A DNA stretch of 64,000 nucleotides. Origin: a virus (taxonomy: Duplodnaviria > Caudoviricetes). Where the stretch lies: positions 1 to 64,000 of IMG/VR virus record IMGVR_UViG_3300025870_000004; one strand, given 5' to 3'. Below, piece after piece: positions 27,979 to 37,743 of this stretch. Position numbers and translations under genes: made by a program. Below the pieces are notes generated by a model. The model searched no databases. It was not told where the DNA came from and worked only from the letters and a program-made list of their open reading frames with translations. Positions within the stretch are counted from its first letter, which is position 1. Each line of letters opens with the position of its first letter.

Positions 27979-29432
27979 GGTGTAAATCTCTTACCTCTGT
28001 TCTCAAGTGCGTTACCGATTGGTTCATATCCGAACCTTGACGAAGGTGTCTTCTTCACGGTTCTACCAATCGATGGCGGTGTCTTACTTCTATACTTCGG
28101 ATTCAGTCTGTCTTCTGATACGAGGACACCACCAATTGCATCGATGTTCGCACTATTTCTAAATGAAGACCTAATCTCTTGAGTGGTAGGAATCTTCGCA
28201 AATACATCTTTATAGTTATCGGTCAATAGTATCTTCAGTTTCAACAGGTCATCAGCATCGACCACAACGGTCTGAATTGCAAACGAACCTGTCGTTCCGT
28301 GGTTGACAACCTTGTCGATAGTGATTTGTGCCTGACCACTGATGCTTGCTTGGGACTTTGTTGCGAGGGAAGCAGTTGCATTATGTGGTGTGCCGGCAGT
28401 ATACGAAGCGTCAACAAGAGTCCCAGTTATGTCGGCAGCCTCGTCAGCACGTTCTGCCTTTTGTGCAACATTGGCATTATATGCTTCAACCGCCTCATCT
28501 GCAATACCCTTGAATGTCCCGTGATAAATCGCACCAGACCCTTCGGCATTTGCACCATCTTTGCCTTGATATACTCGTCCAGTGAAGTCAACCTGTTCAC
28601 CACCGATAGAACCTTTCTGACCAAACACGGATACGTTGTTGACACCCGTCAGGTTAGATACCTTAGATGTGACTGCAAACTGTTCCTTACCAGATATGAA
28701 GATGTTCTGTTCAGATGCAATATCGATATCACCCTCAACCACATTCTGTTGATTACCCTTGACAACCTGATTATTATCTGCTAACATAACATCGGTATGC
28801 GTTCCGATAGTCTTGTTTGTCTTTGTTCCTTTGGTCGTATACTGAGAGTTCTCTGTAACAGTTGTGCGATGGTTCTGTTCAATCTGTTCTACCAGATTAC
28901 CCGCAACATTGACATTGAAGTTACCACCAACATCTATATTATAGTCACCCGATACCTTCATGTTCAGGTTACCGTGGTATACAAGGTTACCGTTACCCTC
29001 GATGATGACAGTCTGGTCACCGCCCGTAACCTCTACCTTGTTGTTCAACGCAGAGATGACTACCGAACCATCTGCTCTCATCTCTACACCCGCACCCTTA
29101 CGGTGACGCAGGAGAACTCGTTCCCCGCCTGGCGTATCGTCAAGTTCGATGACATGACCCGATGTAGTTTCCTGCACTTGGTTACAAGGATATTGTGATG
29201 GTCTCTGTGGTGCAATGTTTAGAGGAACACCGAAGTCACCACCACCAACATACAGGTTGTTTACCTTTGTTCCTCGTGCCGCCTTGTTGATTGACACATC
29301 ATAGTTGTAGTCTCTCTTAGGTAATGCACCTGTAGGGTCTTGCATACCATCAATAGGAACACCCAGAGTCTCCTCTTGTCCTGTCCCTAGATTTTCTACA
29401 CGAAGTTCAAACTTATCTTTTTTTGTAGTCAT
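27975..29432 (-). CDS. gp5: gp5 C-terminal part (beta-helix spike) with C-terminal extension
   Basis: QYPCNQVQETTSGHVIELDDTPGGERV followed by VxGD/VxGN 8-residue beta-helix repeats. Confidence 0.85.
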   Translation of the reverse strand: MTTKKDKFELRVENLGTGQEETLGVPIDGMQDPTGALPKRDYNYDVSINKAARGTKVNNLYVGGGDFGVPLNIAPQRPSQYPCNQVQETTSGHVIELDDTPGGERVLLRHRKGAGVEMRADGSVVISALNNKVEVTGGDQTVIIEGNGNLVYHGNLNMKVSGDYNIDVGGNFNVNVAGNLVEQIEQNHRTTVTENSQYTTKGTKTNKTIGTHTDVMLADNNQVVKGNQQNVVEGDIDIASEQNIFISGKEQFAVTSKVSNLTGVNNVSVFGQKGSIGGEQVDFTGRVYQGKDGANAEGSGAIYHGTFKGIADEAVEAYNANVAQKAERADEAADITGTLVDASYTAGTPHNATASLATKSQASISGQAQITIDKVVNHGTTGSFAIQTVVVDADDLLKLKILLTDNYKDVFAKIPTTQEIRSSFRNSANIDAIGGVLVSEDRLNPKYRSKTPPSIGRTVKKTPSSRFGYEPIGNALENRGKRFTP

Positions 29433-31171
29433 GATATTTCCGAAGGTTTAAGTGGCCCTGTATTCAACGGGTTAGTTGTCTTATTTGTTTTTCTGAAGAT
29501 TGACTCCACATAATCAGGCACATCAAAGTATGGGTCAAGTTCTGCGACATCCACATCGTTGTGACCGAACACCTGACCGCCTGGAAACTTACGATAGAAC
29601 GACTCAAGGAACTGTTCCAGTGTCGTGAACTGTGCGCGAGTGAACGAGTGTGGAGAACGAGAAGGGTTCTCCTGACCAGATGCGGCCGCTAATCCACCAA
29701 CCATTACGATACCGATAGAGAAGTTGTTGTGGTCATTCACGGGTGCGTGTTCACCCTTACGGTTGACAGGTCTACCTCTTTGCAAACTGCCATCTCTACG
29801 GATGACATAGTGAAACCCGATACCATCGTGTCCCAGTTTGTTGTGAATGTCATTTATCTCTGGTGACCCGATGTTCTTATTAGAATAAGTCTCTGTGGCG
29901 TGAATAATAACTTCTGTCACATCTCGTCTGACTGTAGAGAACTCTGCGTCTAGTTCCTCAACCGAAGATACAAGGGTGAATACATCTTGAGATGTCTGTC
30001 TACCATTCCATTTGTTCGCGGTTGATGTCAGAGGCGTTGGTGCGTCGAATAAACTTGCATCTACTACGGTTGAACCAGATATTGTGGTGTCAAGGCTATC
30101 AAGGGATTTATCAACCGAATTGATTTCATTAATCAAACCTTGAACCTCTACATCAGGAACACCCGTCTCTTTACCCTTCTTGGTCACATCATCTACGAGT
30201 TCTTGGGTGGATGTTGCTTTACTATCTGCCGTGAGATTCTTTGCTCTGTCCGTAACATTCTCAGACTTGTTTACGACTGTATTGATTACTTCTGTCTTTT
30301 GTTTTGGGTCTTTGGATGATACTTTACCTAATAGTTGTTTGACTTCTTCATCACTCAAAGAGATACCACCCGCAGTGATATTTCTCAGATATGCTCTAGA
30401 GTCACCTGTGATAGACTCTGTAACATTTTGTAAAAAACCACCAAGTCCTTTATCAACCGAAACGGACACATCATTAAAGAAGTCGGATACACCTGTCTCG
30501 AATTTATTGACTGCCGATGTCACATCATTGAAAACTTTTTTACCCAGTGCAGTGACACTACCAATGGTGGTCAGTGAATTCTTTGGTTTTGTTACCTCTG
30601 CGGTCAGTCCACCAATACCTGTTGCGTTTGACACGGCATCTTTTTCATCAGCAACGACACCACTCAGGGATGGCACTGTTGTTACTTTTTTCACAGTATC
30701 CTTGATATCCGAAAACTTTGGTGACTGAGATGTGGCAGCCGAACCACCAATACTGCCAGTAAAGGAGTCAACTTCACCTTTCGTTTTAGACGCGAGTGTC
30801 TGTGCTTTCTTAGTTGCACTTTCAACACCAGCAGGCCCACCTTGACCAATTGCAAGAATACCACTCTTCGCTGTAGTGTTTGAAGAAAATCCACTTAGAG
30901 TATTTGCGTCTTCACTAGGAGTATCAAGACCACTCACACCGATATCATCAGTTATTTTTCCGACAGATGTATCTAACACTTCGTTGGGCGTGATACTCTC
31001 TTTACCAAGACTTTTGACACCACCAAGTATTTCACCGTCTTTTTGACCAACCTTAGTCGAGAACTTAGCAAAAATTTCTTCAGATGTTTCTGTTCCTAAG
31101 TCTACAGGTTTCACTTCTCGCCTTGAGAGAGATTTAAGTTTTGATTCTAAGTCTGATTTTTTTAATGCCAT
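29429..31171 (-). CDS. Baseplate-associated N-acetylmuramoyl-L-alanine amidase (T7-lysozyme-like C-terminal domain, long low-complexity N-terminus)
   Basis: VIIHAT, IGFHYVIRRDGSLQRGRP, GEHA, SIGIVMVGG, VFGHNDV, DPYFDV. Confidence 0.85.
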   Translation of the reverse strand: MALKKSDLESKLKSLSRREVKPVDLGTETSEEIFAKFSTKVGQKDGEILGGVKSLGKESITPNEVLDTSVGKITDDIGVSGLDTPSEDANTLSGFSSNTTAKSGILAIGQGGPAGVESATKKAQTLASKTKGEVDSFTGSIGGSAATSQSPKFSDIKDTVKKVTTVPSLSGVVADEKDAVSNATGIGGLTAEVTKPKNSLTTIGSVTALGKKVFNDVTSAVNKFETGVSDFFNDVSVSVDKGLGGFLQNVTESITGDSRAYLRNITAGGISLSDEEVKQLLGKVSSKDPKQKTEVINTVVNKSENVTDRAKNLTADSKATSTQELVDDVTKKGKETGVPDVEVQGLINEINSVDKSLDSLDTTISGSTVVDASLFDAPTPLTSTANKWNGRQTSQDVFTLVSSVEELDAEFSTVRRDVTEVIIHATETYSNKNIGSPEINDIHNKLGHDGIGFHYVIRRDGSLQRGRPVNRKGEHAPVNDHNNFSIGIVMVGGLAAASGQENPSRSPHSFTRAQFTTLEQFLESFYRKFPGGQVFGHNDVDVAELDPYFDVPDYVESIFRKTNKTTNPLNTGPLKPSEIS

Positions 31172-32034
31172 TATGTTATCCTCTCAACCAACTCTCTTGC
31201 GATTCGTTCCGCACTACTGATTGTAGTTGCGTCAGGTTTCTTGAGATAGTATTTACAGAAGATACTACACGTCCCCTTATCGCCTTCAAGTTTATCGGAC
31301 TGAAGAAGTCTGATGTTCGTTGCACTTTGTGTTCCTCTCAACTCATATGCAATGAATGAATTCTGTGTGAAGAAAGTTTTATATTCATTAGAGAATGCTT
31401 TCAGGTCTGTGACTCTACTCTCCGACCAGTCTGCAAGTCCTTTGTTTTCGGTTGTGAGATTGGTCTTCATACCTGACACGAAAGATAGAGACGCGACAAT
31501 ACCGATTGATTGTTTGATGGTATACCCCAGATTTAAGAAGAACTGAACCGAAACCTTCTCACGATTTCTCTTCACAGACCTACCAATTGCACCCACTGTT
31601 TCATTCTTGATATCTATCTCCGATGGTTTATTCGCATTGAACACCTTCGTAAAGAAATCTTCGGGCATCTCTTCGGTCAACCCACTCTCAGGAATACCTA
31701 ACTGAACCTGTGTTGGAAGTTCGATATGAGGTATCGACCCCAGAATGATTGGTGTCTGAGAATGAATACCATCCATGAAGAACCCAAACACCAATGCGTT
31801 TGGTAACAGGTGAGGCATTCTACCGATACCTGATACACCACCCTCTGTGGTCGGCAATACACACTGCGCCCACGGAAGGTCGTGTTGTGGAATATCTTTG
31901 GTGGACTCAGAATGCAGACCGTGAATACGAATCTTGAAACGACCCTCGTATCCAGCAGGAGCTATATTGTCTATAACAGTTGCAACGAACCATCTGGTAT
32001 TGTCACCGTAGTATTCTGATAGAATCGGGTTCAT
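31171..32034 (-). CDS. gp5: gp5 N-terminal OB-fold fused to a degenerate phage tail lysozyme domain
   Basis: WFVATV...GRFKIRIHGLH...DLPWA...VFGFFMDG..SQTPIILGS. C-terminal FFLNLGYTIKQSIGIVASL...GLADW...FIAYEL resembles Phage_lysozyme2. Confidence 0.85.
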   Translation of the reverse strand: MNPILSEYYGDNTRWFVATVIDNIAPAGYEGRFKIRIHGLHSESTKDIPQHDLPWAQCVLPTTEGGVSGIGRMPHLLPNALVFGFFMDGIHSQTPIILGSIPHIELPTQVQLGIPESGLTEEMPEDFFTKVFNANKPSEIDIKNETVGAIGRSVKRNREKVSVQFFLNLGYTIKQSIGIVASLSFVSGMKTNLTTENKGLADWSESRVTDLKAFSNEYKTFFTQNSFIAYELRGTQSATNIRLLQSDKLEGDKGTCSIFCKYYLKKPDATTISSAERIARELVERIT

Positions 32035-33368
32035 GCCTGTCTCTCCAGTTTACAAATATTCATAGAGACATTGTGTGTGGTATCAGAGAAGACATGTCTT
32101 GTTTCATAAACAAGGAAATCACCAGATTTGCCTTTGTCGAGCATTGTGTCTGAGGTAGATTTCTTGTTTACATTTGTGTTATCGTTTATTACATTCAGTT
32201 TGATTATATCTCCAACCCCAGCCTTTGATACAATCAGACCTACGCCTGGCACAACAACATTGAATAGGTTTTTATATAGGTGTGCTTTGATTGCATTGGT
32301 CTCAATCTTCTTCTTGAACCGAACCTCATCGTGTTCGTCGTGGTAACTCTTGTGTCTTTCGTATGTGCCTCTGGATGTAATCGTGTGAAAGTTCATAGAG
32401 TTATAATCATCAATGTGTTGTTCTCCAATTTTAAACTCATCATCAAAGACATTCTGATTTTTACCAATCACACTGTTCTTTTGTAGACCTTCAAGGGTCT
32501 TGCGAATGGTATGTCGTTGCGAGAAGATTTGTCCTGTATTTAGATTTGTATTAGAATACTGAGAACCGACCAATCCTTGTTCAATAATCTTGAGAGTGTT
32601 GGACATCTTGGTTGTCTTCATACCCGATACAATAAATGATTTCTTATCTTCTCCACCCTGTTCTGCAAGAGCAACGTTTGCAGGATTGTAGATATATGGT
32701 AACTTGGCGTTGAATGCGTCCTGAGATAACATTGCGTCTAGATTACCAAACCTGATATTGTCATCATGCATTGACCCGTAGATAAAGAATGGTGACCCTG
32801 TGATGGTTGAAGCCCTTTTAGTCAACCATAGTGCTGCATCAATTGGATTTAGATTAGGAATGATACCTTTCATACTGGTCTGAATTGGTTTAGACTCACC
32901 CAGATAAGAGATGTCAATATTCTTTTTCATCTCTGACCCGATGAGTTTCACGATAATGTCATCGATGTTACCACTAAATGACTTACTAATTCTCTTGGAA
33001 CGAGCCAAGAATGCGTGTTCATCCATCAGTGTAATGTTGAGAATACTCGCCTTACCTTGTTCGGACTTGACTGACCGTTCAATACCTGTCATAATGAAAC
33101 TACGTTCAAACACAGGTTGAAGGTCATTGGTAACAGACGCAATGTTTACCTTAAATCTTTCCGTTCCGTTGAAGTTGATTATATCAAATAAAGCGTTATC
33201 ATCTAAGACAATCAACTGACCCGTCAGGTATGGTTTGTCAAGACTTTCAAAGATATTCAACTCAACAATAGAGGTGCGAACATCAAAGTCTTGTTCCAGC
33301 AATCGGTCTGCCGATATGACCGCCTCAGTAATCTTGAACTGTTGCGATTGTTTTTGATTAGATGCCAT
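32031..33368 (-). CDS. Baseplate hub protein, gp27-like
   Basis: ELNIFESLDKPYLTGQL...GTERFKV and VGDIIKLNV...SGDFLVYETRHVF; sits between gp53 and gp5. Confidence 0.75.
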   Translation of the reverse strand: MASNQKQSQQFKITEAVISADRLLEQDFDVRTSIVELNIFESLDKPYLTGQLIVLDDNALFDIINFNGTERFKVNIASVTNDLQPVFERSFIMTGIERSVKSEQGKASILNITLMDEHAFLARSKRISKSFSGNIDDIIVKLIGSEMKKNIDISYLGESKPIQTSMKGIIPNLNPIDAALWLTKRASTITGSPFFIYGSMHDDNIRFGNLDAMLSQDAFNAKLPYIYNPANVALAEQGGEDKKSFIVSGMKTTKMSNTLKIIEQGLVGSQYSNTNLNTGQIFSQRHTIRKTLEGLQKNSVIGKNQNVFDDEFKIGEQHIDDYNSMNFHTITSRGTYERHKSYHDEHDEVRFKKKIETNAIKAHLYKNLFNVVVPGVGLIVSKAGVGDIIKLNVINDNTNVNKKSTSDTMLDKGKSGDFLVYETRHVFSDTTHNVSMNICKLERQA

Positions 33369-34105
33369 TACGACTCTCTATGAAATTTCGCGAACTCGCC
33401 CGCAACTTGATTTACAACATCGGATTTGAGAACAATAATCTCTTTGAGTTCATCATTCTTTTGTTCTAATCTATCTCTATACGTCACTGGTATCCAACTT
33501 GCCGATGGACTACCAAAGTCATATATTGTCAGGTCTTGATGCACACCATCGGCATCTTCGTAGTGATGAATAGCATTGTATTGTTCAGACTCCGCAATGG
33601 CAGTCAGTGATTGTATATTTCCGTCTACATCAGTATATCGAATCAACTCAGTGTTGAAATTTGACCCACCATCAGTTTCTATAACAAGTTGACCCATGTC
33701 AGTAATTCTACGAATAACCGTTCCTGTCGTAGTGCTACTAACACCCGTCACTCTTTGACCGACAGGAAAGATACCTGTCAGGTTTGTGTTGGTTGTCACA
33801 ACACGATAAGGATATTTTGATTTTGCGATACTCAGCATGTTGTAACTATCAACAGGCCAACCACTCTCACGAATGTGATTGTTCATCATATAGAATGTCC
33901 AGTAGTAATCTGGAGTGCCATACAGTTTGTAAGATAGTGTGTCTGGTCTCTCGCCTGCACTGATAGTATACTTGTTGTAAAAAGCAACATTCTCTTTTAC
34001 TTGGTCAATTACATCGACATATGCAGTGAGATTATTAAAAAGGACTGGACTCTCGTTATCACCAAAACGATATGATACGATTCCAAAGTTGTCGAAATAT
34101 GCCAT
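33368..34105 (-). CDS. gp53: Baseplate wedge subunit gp53
   Basis: MAYFDNF, GERPDTLSYKLYGTPDYYWTF, AIHHYE. Confidence 0.9.
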   Translation of the reverse strand: MAYFDNFGIVSYRFGDNESPVLFNNLTAYVDVIDQVKENVAFYNKYTISAGERPDTLSYKLYGTPDYYWTFYMMNNHIRESGWPVDSYNMLSIAKSKYPYRVVTTNTNLTGIFPVGQRVTGVSSTTTGTVIRRITDMGQLVIETDGGSNFNTELIRYTDVDGNIQSLTAIAESEQYNAIHHYEDADGVHQDLTIYDFGSPSASWIPVTYRDRLEQKNDELKEIIVLKSDVVNQVAGEFAKFHRES

Positions 34106-34980
34106 TAGAATCCTGCCTCAATTTGTTTTCTGTCTAGTGTTCTAGATTCGGTAAATGATACACTCATGTCAATCTCACTAAAGTTTCCGTCATCATGCAT
34201 TGCCATCGTTGATGGGTTGTATGTAATACTCACATCTCTGAGGAAACAAGGGAGAATTTTGTTTGTAACTTCTTTACCGTTATATTCAATTTGAATTTTA
34301 AATCTGTTTGGAAATCTATACCCCAGAGAAATACCAGCGTCAGAAATATCTTCGGGATAAAGTTCTTCTCTGAATAGTTGGATAATATTCTTGACCTCTT
34401 CTGCTTCTTTTGCAGAACAGGGTAAAAATTTGAATGTAAATGCAAACTCTCTTAGTGCAACACTCTTAAACAAGGCGCGACTGTTGGGATTTGTGGTAAC
34501 TCGTGCTGCAGCCCTAGCAACATTACCTACTTCTTGATTTTTTTGTGCAAGACGAACAATAGCAAGACTCGCTTGTCGTTGAGCATCAGCACCCTTCAGT
34601 CCTTCTGCACTAGAACCAGCACCAGCAAGAAAACCAGCAACACTTCCAGATAACAGGTCAGTATTTTCGTAAGCGACATTATCACGGAACTGAAGACCAA
34701 CAGGAAGATAAAGAGAAACTCTACGAGTAGGTGCTTTTGGTGGTGTGCCTCTTAATGCTTGATTGACACCACCTTTGAATTGTTGTATTAGATTAGTGCC
34801 AGGCACGTCACCTCCGACAACATCTTTTATGGCATCTTTTGCAGCTTTTGTCTTAGACTGAGCAGTTTGGGCAAGTTCACCCAAATTTGGTTGTTCTTCC
34901 TCAAGAACTGAAAAAACAATCCGACCACCATAGTCAGAAGTATCTTCAATGGGATATTCTAAATCGTCTTTTAATGCCAT
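34105..34980 (-). CDS. gp48: Baseplate tail-tube cap gp48
   Basis: VSLYLP, NPNSRALFKSVALREFAFTFKFLP, YRFPNRFKI, CFLRDVSITY. Start placed at ATG 34980. Confidence 0.85.
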   Translation of the reverse strand: MALKDDLEYPIEDTSDYGGRIVFSVLEEEQPNLGELAQTAQSKTKAAKDAIKDVVGGDVPGTNLIQQFKGGVNQALRGTPPKAPTRRVSLYLPVGLQFRDNVAYENTDLLSGSVAGFLAGAGSSAEGLKGADAQRQASLAIVRLAQKNQEVGNVARAAARVTTNPNSRALFKSVALREFAFTFKFLPCSAKEAEEVKNIIQLFREELYPEDISDAGISLGYRFPNRFKIQIEYNGKEVTNKILPCFLRDVSITYNPSTMAMHDDGNFSEIDMSVSFTESRTLDRKQIEAGF

Positions 34981-34990
34981 TTGTAAATCC

Positions 34991-35021
34991 ACTAAATAAA
35001 AATAATTCGATACTATTTATA
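34991..35021. promoter_or_regulatory. Overlapping late promoters for divergent genes: TATAAATA on - (35014-35021) and ACTAAATA variant on + (34991-34998)
   Basis: Motifs in the gap between the divergent gp48 and gp4 genes. Confidence 0.65.
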
Positions 35022-35028
35022 AGGTTTT

Positions 35029-35505
35029 ATGGCATATTCTGGACGATATAAACCGAAAAATCCAAAGAAGTATAAGGGTGACTACACAAAGGTCATCTAT
35101 CGTTCTTTGTGGGAGAAACACGCCTTCAAGTGGTGTGATAACAACTCAAATGTGATTGAGTGGTCAAGTGAGGAAGTGGTCATACCATATCTATATGAGG
35201 TTGACCATAAGTATCATCGTTACTTCATGGATTTGAAAATTAAATTCAAAGATGGTAGAGTCTTTCTAATTGAGATAAAACCAGATGCACAGACACGACC
35301 ACCGACAGGTCAACGCAGGACGAAACGATATATCACCGAAAGTCTGACTTATGTTAAGAATATGAATAAGTGGAAGGCAGCCAGTGAGTATGCAAAAGAC
35401 CGTGGTTGGAGTTTTGCTATATGGACAGAGAAGACCGAACCATTGAAATCAATGATACCGAAATCAACAAAACAACTAAAACCTTTCAAAAGACGTAAGA
35501 AATAA
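35029..35505 (+). CDS. gp4: Head completion nuclease gp4
   Basis: YSGRYKPKNPKKYKGD...YRSLWE...WSSEE...HRYFMD...LIEIKP...NMNKWKAA. Confidence 0.95.
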   Translation: MAYSGRYKPKNPKKYKGDYTKVIYRSLWEKHAFKWCDNNSNVIEWSSEEVVIPYLYEVDHKYHRYFMDLKIKFKDGRVFLIEIKPDAQTRPPTGQRRTKRYITESLTYVKNMNKWKAASEYAKDRGWSFAIWTEKTEPLKSMIPKSTKQLKPFKRRKK

Positions 35506-35506
35506 G

Positions 35507-35514
35507 TATAAATA
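35507..35514 (+). promoter_or_regulatory. T4-type late promoter TATAAATA
   Basis: Exact motif 5 nt upstream of the gp2 ATG. Confidence 0.75.
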
Positions 35515-35519
35515 CTGGC

Positions 35520-36104
35520 ATGAGTAACTTATTCCAAAGACTGGAACTGCAAGCATTCCGTGCTGGTATTACACCACGCACAAAGGAATCGCGTGAATGG
35601 TTTCGTAAGAAAGCAAAGAACCTTCGTTCTGTCAACCGTGAAGCGTTGATGCAAGAGAAGGAACTGAATCGTGGTGGTAAACAAATCATTGGTTCGATGC
35701 AGATGTTCTTCTATGACCCGAAGACCAAAGACACCCTTCCATACTATGATGCGTTTCCTCTGGTGATTGTGGTTGGCCCTGCGGAAGGTGGGTTCTATGG
35801 ATTGAACCTTCACTATCTTCCACCACTTCTTCGTGCGAAGTTCCTTGACTCTCTTCTGGATATCCAGTCCAGTAAGACAAGTGATGATTCCAAGTTCAAT
35901 ATCACCTATAAGAGATTGCAGGCTGCAAGTAAGTTCAAGTATTTCAAACCATGTTTCAAACACTATCTGAATGACCATGTGAAGAGTAAGTTCGCAGAAG
36001 TCCAAGCACCAGAGTGGGAAATCGCAACCTTCCTACCAACCGCAGACTTCCGCAAGAGAAACTCTTCCAAAGTGTTCTCAGATTCAAGACGGATGATAGG
36101 ATAA
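35520..36104 (+). CDS. gp2: DNA end protector gp2
   Basis: FFYDPKTKDTLPYYDAFPLV...GLNLHYLPP...CFKHYL...WEIATFLPT. Confidence 0.95.
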   Translation: MSNLFQRLELQAFRAGITPRTKESREWFRKKAKNLRSVNREALMQEKELNRGGKQIIGSMQMFFYDPKTKDTLPYYDAFPLVIVVGPAEGGFYGLNLHYLPPLLRAKFLDSLLDIQSSKTSDDSKFNITYKRLQAASKFKYFKPCFKHYLNDHVKSKFAEVQAPEWEIATFLPTADFRKRNSSKVFSDSRRMIG

Positions 36105-36826
36105 TGGTATTTCGCGTAGACGATTTTAGAGCGCAAGTAAGCAGAGGTGGTGGGTTCGCATCACAGAACATGTTCCGTGTTCAACTGCCTCGTATTCAGG
36201 GTGCGCCTCTGGGTGGTAACGACCCAAGAGAATTAGACATGTTGTGTCGTGTAACTAGTTTGCCAGGCCGTCAGGTTTTGTCAACGGACAAACAGATTGG
36301 AACAGTTCTAACCAAAGTTGCAAACGGATATGCAGTCACAGACCTAAACATGACATTCTATTGTATGAACGACTATGGCATTCGTAAATACTTTGAGACA
36401 TGGCAAAACCTCGCACACAATCAACAAACAAAAACGATTGGGTATTTCAAAGAATATACCAAACCAGTTGTCATTCAACAACTGAAGAAGGGTGTGTCAT
36501 TCCCAATCAAAAAGAAGAAAGTTTTTGATACTGGTAGAATTCCTAGTGGTATTCGTAATCGTCTCCCTCGTATTGGGCCACTTGACCTTGCACAGGGTGA
36601 GATTGATTTGAACGGTATCTTTGGTGACCAGATTGCATACAGTTGTGTTCTTGAGAATGCATACCCAACAACACTGAATGAAATTGCACTAAATAATGAA
36701 ACACAAGAAGTTGTGGAAGTGTCAGTCCAATTGTCTTACAAGGACTGGCGTTCCGAACAAGGAGACATCTCCAGTGGTCTGGTTGAAGGTCTCGCAGGCG
36801 AATTGATTCGTAGAGTATTAAGGTAA
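36104..36826 (+). CDS. Tail tube initiator, gp54/gp19-like
   Basis: Start at ATG 36104 (TAATG coupling). GGFASQNMFRV, CRVTSLPGR, YFETWQ, LENAYPT, VQLSYKDW. Confidence 0.75.
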   Translation: MVFRVDDFRAQVSRGGGFASQNMFRVQLPRIQGAPLGGNDPRELDMLCRVTSLPGRQVLSTDKQIGTVLTKVANGYAVTDLNMTFYCMNDYGIRKYFETWQNLAHNQQTKTIGYFKEYTKPVVIQQLKKGVSFPIKKKKVFDTGRIPSGIRNRLPRIGPLDLAQGEIDLNGIFGDQIAYSCVLENAYPTTLNEIALNNETQEVVEVSVQLSYKDWRSEQGDISSGLVEGLAGELIRRVLR

Positions 36827-36841
36827 TTATGGAGTTAAATT

Positions 36842-37549
36842 ATGGCACTACCTAAGTTAAATGAGTCGATAAAATATGAGATGGAGATTCCTTCATCAAA
36901 AAATATTGTAACATATCGACCGTATCTTGTCAAAGAAGAGAAAATTCTTCTCATGGCATTTGAGTCACAAGACCAAAAACAAGCAATGAGAGCAATGGTT
37001 GACACAATTGTTGCTTGTGTGTTTGAAGATATTACACCATCACAACTTACGACATTTGATGTTGAATATATGTTCACACAAATCCGTTCTAAGTCTGTCG
37101 GTGAAACATCTACAGTAAACGTAAAGTGTCAAGCAATTGATTGTGAAGAGACCGAAGAGGTTGAAGTCAATCTATCTGAACTAAAAGTTGAAGGTGAGGA
37201 TGTTAGTAATGTTATTGAACTGACACCAACAGTTTCAATTGAAATGCGATACCCTTCATACAATACCTTTGTTGATAACTGGAGAGAAGATATCAATGAG
37301 AGTGAGTTTGGGTTCGTCATGATGGAAGATTGTATTTCAGCAATTCTGACCGAAGACGAAAGATATAACGCATCTGATGTTTCGAGGAAAGAAATGTCTG
37401 AGTTTATTGACTCGATGACAAACTCACAATTTCAAAAGGTGGGTGAGTATCTAAGAACAATCCCATCTATGAAAAAAGATGTTGAGTTTACATGTAAGTG
37501 TGGACACGAGAATAAAGTAACACTGGAGGGCCTTCAAGATTTTTTTTAG
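36842..37549 (+). CDS. gp26: Baseplate hub assembly protein gp26
   Basis: MALPKL, YRPYLVKEEKILLMA, FDVEYMFTQIRSKSVGE, C-terminal LEGLQDFF. Confidence 0.92.
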   Translation: MALPKLNESIKYEMEIPSSKNIVTYRPYLVKEEKILLMAFESQDQKQAMRAMVDTIVACVFEDITPSQLTTFDVEYMFTQIRSKSVGETSTVNVKCQAIDCEETEEVEVNLSELKVEGEDVSNVIELTPTVSIEMRYPSYNTFVDNWREDINESEFGFVMMEDCISAILTEDERYNASDVSRKEMSEFIDSMTNSQFQKVGEYLRTIPSMKKDVEFTCKCGHENKVTLEGLQDFF

Positions 37550-37743
37550 TATGCCTCTCGCATGACAATTTGATAAACCATTTTGAAACTAACTTTGCAT
37601 TAATGCAACATTTCAAATACTCATTATCAGATTTAGAATTCATGTTACCGTGGGAGAGAGAGGTTTACTTGTCAATGTTAAAAGAACATCTGAAGGAAGA
37701 AGAAGAACGACTGCGTAAACAAGAACAACAAATGAGAATGTAA
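37540..37743 (+). CDS. gp51: gp51-like baseplate hub assembly protein, in the -1 frame relative to gp26 (first ATG at 37603)
   Basis: Not in the ORF track. Frame reads FFLVCLSHDNLINHFETNFALMQHFKYSLSDLEFMLPWEREVYLSMLKEHLKEEEERLRKQEQQMRM*; LMQH.KYSL....MLPWERE.Y is the gp51 motif of marine T4-like phages. Confidence 0.85.
   Translation, partial: FFLVCLSHDNLINHFETNFALMQHFKYSLSDLEFMLPWEREVYLSMLKEHLKEEEERLRKQEQQMRM

Noticed and set aside
53-35000. Many + strand ORFs of 60-200 aa in the ORF track (for example 2237-2719, 4835-5440, 15775-16230, 30180-30728)
   Set aside because: They are antisense shadows of long minus-strand structural genes, with V/S/P-rich composition, no RBS and no motifs.
36014-36103. 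N-terminal extension of the tail-tube-like ORF given in the track
   Set aside because: It overlaps gp2 by 90 nt. ATG 36104 has TAATG coupling and gives the expected N-terminus.
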